Position numbers and translations under genes: made by a program
Origin: Bacteroidota bacterium
GTDB taxonomy: Bacteria > Bacteroidota > Bacteroidia > AKYH767-A > OLB10
Assembly: GCA_031418215.1 (NCBI GenBank)
Contig: JANOXC010000070.1
Coordinates: 1,419-65,418, forward strand
Direction of reading: 5' to 3'
DNA length: 64,000 nt
The notes under the pieces: model-generated
What the model saw: only the letters and a program-made list of their open reading frames with translations
Databases searched by the model: none
Told to the model about the DNA's origin: nothing
Part shown: one piece after another, positions 58,684 through 64,000 of the stretch
Layout: each line of letters opens with the position of its first letter
How positions within the stretch are numbered: position 1 is the stretch's first letter

Positions 58684-60231
58684 ATGGAAATTATTGAAAA
58701 TATCCCCTCTTCACCTCAGCGCACAATTACTGCTGACGATGTAGCTTTTCTTGGGTTACAAGAGCGTTTTACTAAAAATTTTCAAGATATCTTCCTGAAT
58801 GATTTAGCAGAGAAGACGGTGGTGATCATACCAAGCCTTTCGCTGGATAGTGAAATCCTTAAAACGATTACGGGAGTCATCCATTATGAGGAACGTATGC
58901 TTTGCATGCTTCTATTGCTTCGAATGCCCCGTACACGGGTTATATATATAACAAGTGTACCTATTGAAAATAGCATCATTGATTATTACCTGCACCTACT
59001 TCCCGGAATTACTGGTTACCATGCCCGTCAAAGATTAACGATGTTAAGTTGTTATGATGCTTCTTCCAGATCGCTAACAGATAAAATACTGGAGCGTCCG
59101 CGTCTTATCAAACGTATAAAAGAGCAAATTAAATATCCTGAACTTGCACATATCACTTCATTCAACGTCACTGAACAGGAAAAAAAACTGGCCCTTGCTT
59201 TAAATATTCCAGTCTTTGGATGCAATCCTGACTTACTGCATCTCGGCACAAAAACCGGTAGCCGGCTTATATTTAAAAAGCTGGGCATTCCTTTGCCGGC
59301 AGGAATTGAAAACTTGCAGAATGAAAATGAGATTGCTTCAGCATTGGCTTTATTGAAAAAAAACAATCCTTCCTTGCGCAAAGCAGTTGTAAAAATGAAC
59401 GATGGATTTTCCGGCGAGGGGAATGCTGTTTTTAAGTTTGAGAAACTTGCTGCCTCAGATAAAAAACTTGCTGAAATTATTTTACTAAAATTACCACAAA
59501 CACTGCAGGTGATCGCAGCACACATGACCTATGATGAATTCATGCAGAAATTCTGTGGCATGGGCGGCATTGTTGAAGAGTTTATGGAAGGGGACATTAA
59601 AGAATCTCCTTCTGTACAGTGCAGGGTCAATCCAATGGGCGATTCAGAAATTATCTCAACACATGACCAATTGCTGGGAGGTAAAAGCGGACAGGTTTTC
59701 CAGGGTGCTACCTTCCCTGCCAATATAGATTATCACACCGAAATTGCAGTGATGGGGAAAAGAATTGCTGATGAAATGCAAAGATTAGGTGTTTTGGGAA
59801 GGTTTGGTGTTGATTTTATTTCAGTTTATGAGGCTACAGGCTGGAAACATTATGCCATTGAAATTAATTTACGTAAAGGCGGCACAACACATCCGTTTAT
59901 TATGTTGAAGTTTTTAACTAGTGGAGATTTTGACTGGCGAAAAGGATCCTATTTCATTCCTAATGGAGACACAAGATGTTATTTTGCTTCCGACAATGTG
60001 GTGAATGAAAGATACAAACGCCTGACACCACATGACTTGATTGATATTGCTATGTGCAACCAGATTTTATATGATAGCACTAAACAAACAGGAGTGATGT
60101 TTCACATGATTGGTGCGTTATCGCAATATGGTAAATTAGGAATGGTATGTATTGGTGAAACAGTGAAGGAAGCAAAGATGCTCTATGCTAAAACTATTGC
60201 TGTTCTGGATAAAGAGTGTGAATCATGTTGA
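58684..60231 (+). CDS. Peptide ligase PGM1-related ATP-grasp protein
   Basis: VVIIPSLS, YEERML, KMNDGFSGEGNA, SPSVQ, THDQLLGG, IEINLRKGGTTHP. Confidence 0.85.
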   Translation: MEIIENIPSSPQRTITADDVAFLGLQERFTKNFQDIFLNDLAEKTVVIIPSLSLDSEILKTITGVIHYEERMLCMLLLLRMPRTRVIYITSVPIENSIIDYYLHLLPGITGYHARQRLTMLSCYDASSRSLTDKILERPRLIKRIKEQIKYPELAHITSFNVTEQEKKLALALNIPVFGCNPDLLHLGTKTGSRLIFKKLGIPLPAGIENLQNENEIASALALLKKNNPSLRKAVVKMNDGFSGEGNAVFKFEKLAASDKKLAEIILLKLPQTLQVIAAHMTYDEFMQKFCGMGGIVEEFMEGDIKESPSVQCRVNPMGDSEIISTHDQLLGGKSGQVFQGATFPANIDYHTEIAVMGKRIADEMQRLGVLGRFGVDFISVYEATGWKHYAIEINLRKGGTTHPFIMLKFLTSGDFDWRKGSYFIPNGDTRCYFASDNVVNERYKRLTPHDLIDIAMCNQILYDSTKQTGVMFHMIGALSQYGKLGMVCIGETVKEAKMLYAKTIAVLDKECESC

Positions 60232-60367
60232 CTTCAATGCGCTTAACAATGATTATCACATAATATATTTCATTCCGAATGTTGAGAGAACATTGTTAGC
60301 TGACGATTTTAATATAAAGCAGGCACCTGAAAATGGGAGTCTGCTTTATCAGCTTAAAATAAATGGT

Positions 60368-62983
60368 CTATTGCTTGATGAATATCAACTTCTTTGTATA
60401 AGTCTTGCCATTAGCACTGAGTTTATAAAAATAAATTCCTTGTGCAATGTTGTCTCCTTTAAAATCAAATTTATAAGCTTTGTCCGCTTCTGCTTGTCCA
60501 CTATATAATTCGGAAATTTTTTCGCCACTCAAATTATAAATTTCAAGTTTGACGGTCATTGATGTTTTGGGAATAAACTCAATGGTCACCTTTGAATTAA
60601 ACGGATTTGGATATGCTGCGATCTGAAAATCTGAATTTATTGTTGCTCCTTTCATTCCGGTGACTTCCTTACTTGCAGGTCTTGCTGATACAAAGCTGAT
60701 TTGCTGAATGCAGGTACTTCTGTTGCCACTTGCATCTATTGCCGTCCATGTGCGGGTTCTGTTTGTACTTCCCTGACAGCCTCCTGTTACGAAGGCATCA
60801 TTAAAAAATAGTTGAATCTCGGAAAGTCCTGAGCAATTATCAGTAACAACTGGTGTTGGAATCGCTGCGCCGCATGTTAACTGCACAGATGATGTACAAA
60901 CAAATACCGGGGGTGTGCGGTCTGCAATAACTATATGCTGCTCACAGGTAGCGGTATTTCCGCATAAGTCGGTGGCAGTCCACGTACGTGTTATATATGA
61001 ATAACAATTTTGTGAATATGTTTCATCACTGAATGTTACCTGCACCGAGCAATTATCTGTTGCAGTCGCAGTCTCTGTGTTGACAGGAGCTGTTGAGGCG
61101 TTGCATTCAATCTGCACATCGGCCGGACATGTTAATACCGGTGGAATTTCATCTACCGTTCTAGATATAGATTGTGTACATGTTGTTTCATTTCCGCATG
61201 CATCTATAGCACGATATGTTCTTTTTATTGTTTCAATGCACGCGCTGCTGGTTGTTGGCGTACCATCACTAACAAATTCTATGGTAATATTACCTGCACA
61301 ATTATCTGATGCTGATATTGCAGACGGATCCGGTGCAGGAATTGCTGCATTGCAGCCTAACACAATTGGAGCCGGGCAGTTTATAGATGGTGGTGTATTA
61401 TCCAATACATTTATTGTTTGAGTAACCTTGCTAGATAAATTTCCGCAGGCATCAACAGCAATCCATGTTTTGGTTCTCGTATAAAAATTTGCGCATTTCC
61501 CCGGTGTCGTAATATCAGATACTTCCTGTATTACAGGATTCGGATCGCATCCGTCGGAAGCTACAGTTGGTGGTGTAAATACCGGCGTTGCCGTACAGCT
61601 TAATATCGCATTCGCTCCTGGTTGACCAATCGTTGGCGCTGTTGCATCTACCACTAAAACATTTTGTGAGCAAGTGGATGAACATACTCCCTTCGTTACA
61701 GTAAGAGAAAGGTTATAGGAACCATTACATGCATTTGCTGCCAGCACGCTGACTGTTTGTCCTGTTGAAGACCCTGAAACACTACCTGACCCTGTAATAC
61801 TCCATTGATAACTATCCATACCAGTAGGCGCCGAATATACTCTGCTTGCACCGGGACAAAGTGACCCTGATGGTGAAATGGAGCACGATGTTGCTCCGCT
61901 CACGGTTATTGTAATGTTACATACACTATTGGATAATCCTGATGATACATTAATCTGTAACCCATAACTTCCTGTTGTAGAACCTGAGTTTACGGAAACT
62001 GTTTGTCCGGAGTTAGATCCAACTATAGTGGCACCTGATGTATTGTTTATTATGGCCCATGTATAGGCAAATCCTAACCCTGTAGGGCCGCTATATATAT
62101 TAGTGCTTCCTGAACAAACTGAAATTGGACCGCTGATTAAACATTGTGGTGCCGCAACGGCAGAAGCCTGCAGTGCACGATCCTGGCTTCCCCCGCCACC
62201 ATCTATGGCAACAAGTTTCATATGATAAGGAGATCCGCTAATTCCTGATGCTGAAAATCCTGTCCCCCAATCATATTGGCTGGCAATGTGACCACCCCAG
62301 GCAAATATTACTGTTGGATTGGAAGTACGAAACCATATCCTGATAACAGAAGATGCACTTGATAAAGTTATCGCACCCTGAGAAAGATAGGTAATACTGT
62401 CAATCGTTAGGCCGTTATACATAGTCATTAATCGCTGACCTGCAATTAATGCATTAAAACTTGTTTGTGGCTGTGGCAAACCATTTATCATTCTTGTTGC
62501 TGTTGGGATTGGAATAGGAAAAGTTACAACAGCAGGTGAAAATAAACCTGAACCTAACAATGGATCCAACAACTCAGCCGCATGACCGAATTGTGTTATG
62601 TGAGGTTCCAGCCTGTTAAATGATGTTAAATAGTCTATTGCATTTTTTCCGCTTACGCGCGTATTATAACCAATGTCAAGCTGATGAGCACCTGCAGAAA
62701 GTCCTGTAACAGTCATGCGGTAAGGAACAGAATATCCTTCTACCATATGTGCTTGCGAAGCATTTACATTCCCGTTAACCCAGGCTCCCGGAGAAGTAGG
62801 TGCTGAAGCTGGGCCATTCCTAACCTGATCGAGATTGGCAGCCTGACCGTTTGCTTTAATAACCATACAAATACAGAATCCTGTTATCAGGAATGCCTTT
62901 ATATATAATTTTAAATGATCCTGAAGTAAATACTCAAATTTGAAAATATTTACTTCCGTTTTATGTGTTATCCCTTTTATCAT
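60368..62983 (-). CDS. T9SS type A cargo with Cys-rich HYR-like repeats
   Basis: D..PP...CP...ATDNC...RTWTA.D.CGN repeats; CTD AYPNPF...IYNLSG...GIYFYKL...KKLIFIKQ. Confidence 0.88.
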   Translation of the reverse strand: MIKGITHKTEVNIFKFEYLLQDHLKLYIKAFLITGFCICMVIKANGQAANLDQVRNGPASAPTSPGAWVNGNVNASQAHMVEGYSVPYRMTVTGLSAGAHQLDIGYNTRVSGKNAIDYLTSFNRLEPHITQFGHAAELLDPLLGSGLFSPAVVTFPIPIPTATRMINGLPQPQTSFNALIAGQRLMTMYNGLTIDSITYLSQGAITLSSASSVIRIWFRTSNPTVIFAWGGHIASQYDWGTGFSASGISGSPYHMKLVAIDGGGGSQDRALQASAVAAPQCLISGPISVCSGSTNIYSGPTGLGFAYTWAIINNTSGATIVGSNSGQTVSVNSGSTTGSYGLQINVSSGLSNSVCNITITVSGATSCSISPSGSLCPGASRVYSAPTGMDSYQWSITGSGSVSGSSTGQTVSVLAANACNGSYNLSLTVTKGVCSSTCSQNVLVVDATAPTIGQPGANAILSCTATPVFTPPTVASDGCDPNPVIQEVSDITTPGKCANFYTRTKTWIAVDACGNLSSKVTQTINVLDNTPPSINCPAPIVLGCNAAIPAPDPSAISASDNCAGNITIEFVSDGTPTTSSACIETIKRTYRAIDACGNETTCTQSISRTVDEIPPVLTCPADVQIECNASTAPVNTETATATDNCSVQVTFSDETYSQNCYSYITRTWTATDLCGNTATCEQHIVIADRTPPVFVCTSSVQLTCGAAIPTPVVTDNCSGLSEIQLFFNDAFVTGGCQGSTNRTRTWTAIDASGNRSTCIQQISFVSARPASKEVTGMKGATINSDFQIAAYPNPFNSKVTIEFIPKTSMTVKLEIYNLSGEKISELYSGQAEADKAYKFDFKGDNIAQGIYFYKLSANGKTYTKKLIFIKQ

Positions 62984-63309
62984 CTGTTTGATTTGTTTAT
63001 CTTATAAACCTGCATTACCTTTTTAATATTCCTGAAGTGTGTTATTTATATAATAAATACAGAATTCAAAATAAACAATCTTCCATCTCCTGATTCGGAA
63101 ACGTTTTTTATTGACTGTCAAACAAATATTGATATAACCAAATACTGTGCACAACAGCTGGTTGTTTGTTATATGCTAAATATTACATTCCAAATATCGA
63201 TTAGGGAAATCTTTTTGACGAAAAAGCATTAATTATTGGCCAATCAATAACAAATTCCTTGTGAATCAGGGGTTCAATATTCAATATTCCAATAATTAAT
63301 GGGCCCTGC

Positions 63310-64000
63310 TCAATTTCCTTTAATCCGCGCAATAAGCAACCTAAATGCATTACCGTCGATACCGGGAAGCTCAGTCTGATTAACGGTAATGATATCATCC
63401 TTATCTTTTTCAATATTAAATCGAAAAACAAATTGTGCTTCTTCTTTATCCCAACCATTCCGCAATCCAAATCGTGTATCACTCAATACCAGTTTGTCAT
63501 TTTCTTTTTGCACACTGTAATAGCCTTGTGATATTCTTAAAACAGTATTCACACTTCTATCCTTCCTGACAGTAGTCAGTAAACTATCATTGATTGGCGC
63601 TGCTATATAAAACTGAATTGGCAATTTATCAAATAAGGAATAATAGCAAGTGTAAATACTATCATGATCTTTTGCCATTCCCATCCACAACCAGTTGTTT
63701 AATGGTGCCGGTGCTGAGAAATAAGTTTCTGTACTGATATTATTTTTTGCGTAATAATCCTTGAATATTTTATCAGCTTCATACTTATTGAATATCGTAT
63801 ATATTAAATAGGATGATCCCAATACTACACCAAATCGTATCCAGAATTTTTTTCTTGAAGATGTGTTTTTAAGGATAAGCAATGCTATAAATGATATCAA
63901 AAACCAAATCGTAAAAAACGGATCAGCAACAAAGATGTTGTTGAAACTAATGCGGGCATGTCTAAATGGTTCAAAGAGGCCGGTGCCATTAGAAGTCATG
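63310..64000 (-). CDS. YdjM-like membrane metal-dependent hydrolase, partial (5' end outside the window)
   Basis: MTSNGTGLFEPF, IFVADPFFT, PAPLNNWLW, DTRFG. Confidence 0.75.
   Translation of the reverse strand, partial: MTSNGTGLFEPFRHARISFNNIFVADPFFTIWFLISFIALLILKNTSSRKKFWIRFGVVLGSSYLIYTIFNKYEADKIFKDYYAKNNISTETYFSAPAPLNNWLWMGMAKDHDSIYTCYYSLFDKLPIQFYIAAPINDSLLTTVRKDRSVNTVLRISQGYYSVQKENDKLVLSDTRFGLRNGWDKEEAQFVFRFNIEKDKDDIITVNQTELPGIDGNAFRLLIARIKGN

Noticed and set aside
60225-60263. 12-aa ORF MLTSMRLTMIIT overlapping the PGM1-like stop as a precursor peptide
   Set aside because: Too short and featureless to support; expected by chance.
13483-63482. Numerous antisense or alternate-frame ORFs in the track (e.g. 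13483-13932, 17544-18080, 40714-41154, 41158-41631, 59052-59525, 63201-63482)
   Set aside because: They overlap well-supported genes and show no independent motifs, so they are treated as shadow ORFs.

Overview
A 64-kb AT-rich chromosomal window from a Bacteroidota bacterium, judged from TAnnTTTG -7 promoter elements, several T9SS C-terminal sorting domains and signal peptides followed by Gln. No rRNA, tRNA, CRISPR array, phage gene or transposase was recognised. From left to right it contains: the tail of a light/UV-stress cluster (C-terminus of a PhrB/CryB-like photolyase, DUF2071, two small membrane ORFs missed by the ORF track, SDRs, SRPBCC, TspO); a DUF3179 protein; a PAP2/vanadium-haloperoxidase-like gene coupled to an ASPIC/UnbV protein; rlmF; an uncharacterised 485-aa helical protein flanked by two T9SS cargo genes; a nine-gene AraC-headed operon (YHS, DoxX, OM beta-barrel, DM13, DinB, NRDE/TANGO2, ATP-grasp, LysE); an M36 fungalysin; GT2-GT9-uvrC; several secreted multidomain proteins; and housekeeping-type genes. 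Three leads stand out. (1) A 24-bp site (21/24 identical) lies exactly 39 bp upstream of the -7 promoter element of both T9SS genes flanking the 485-aa protein, suggesting an undescribed activator-operator system. (2) A ~105-aa domain occurs in three secreted proteins that lack a recognisable T9SS CTD and is C-terminal in two of them. (3) The AraC/NRDE/ATP-grasp/LysE operon looks like a complete envelope-spanning pathway of unknown substrate. All family calls come from motif recognition by eye; no database search was run.
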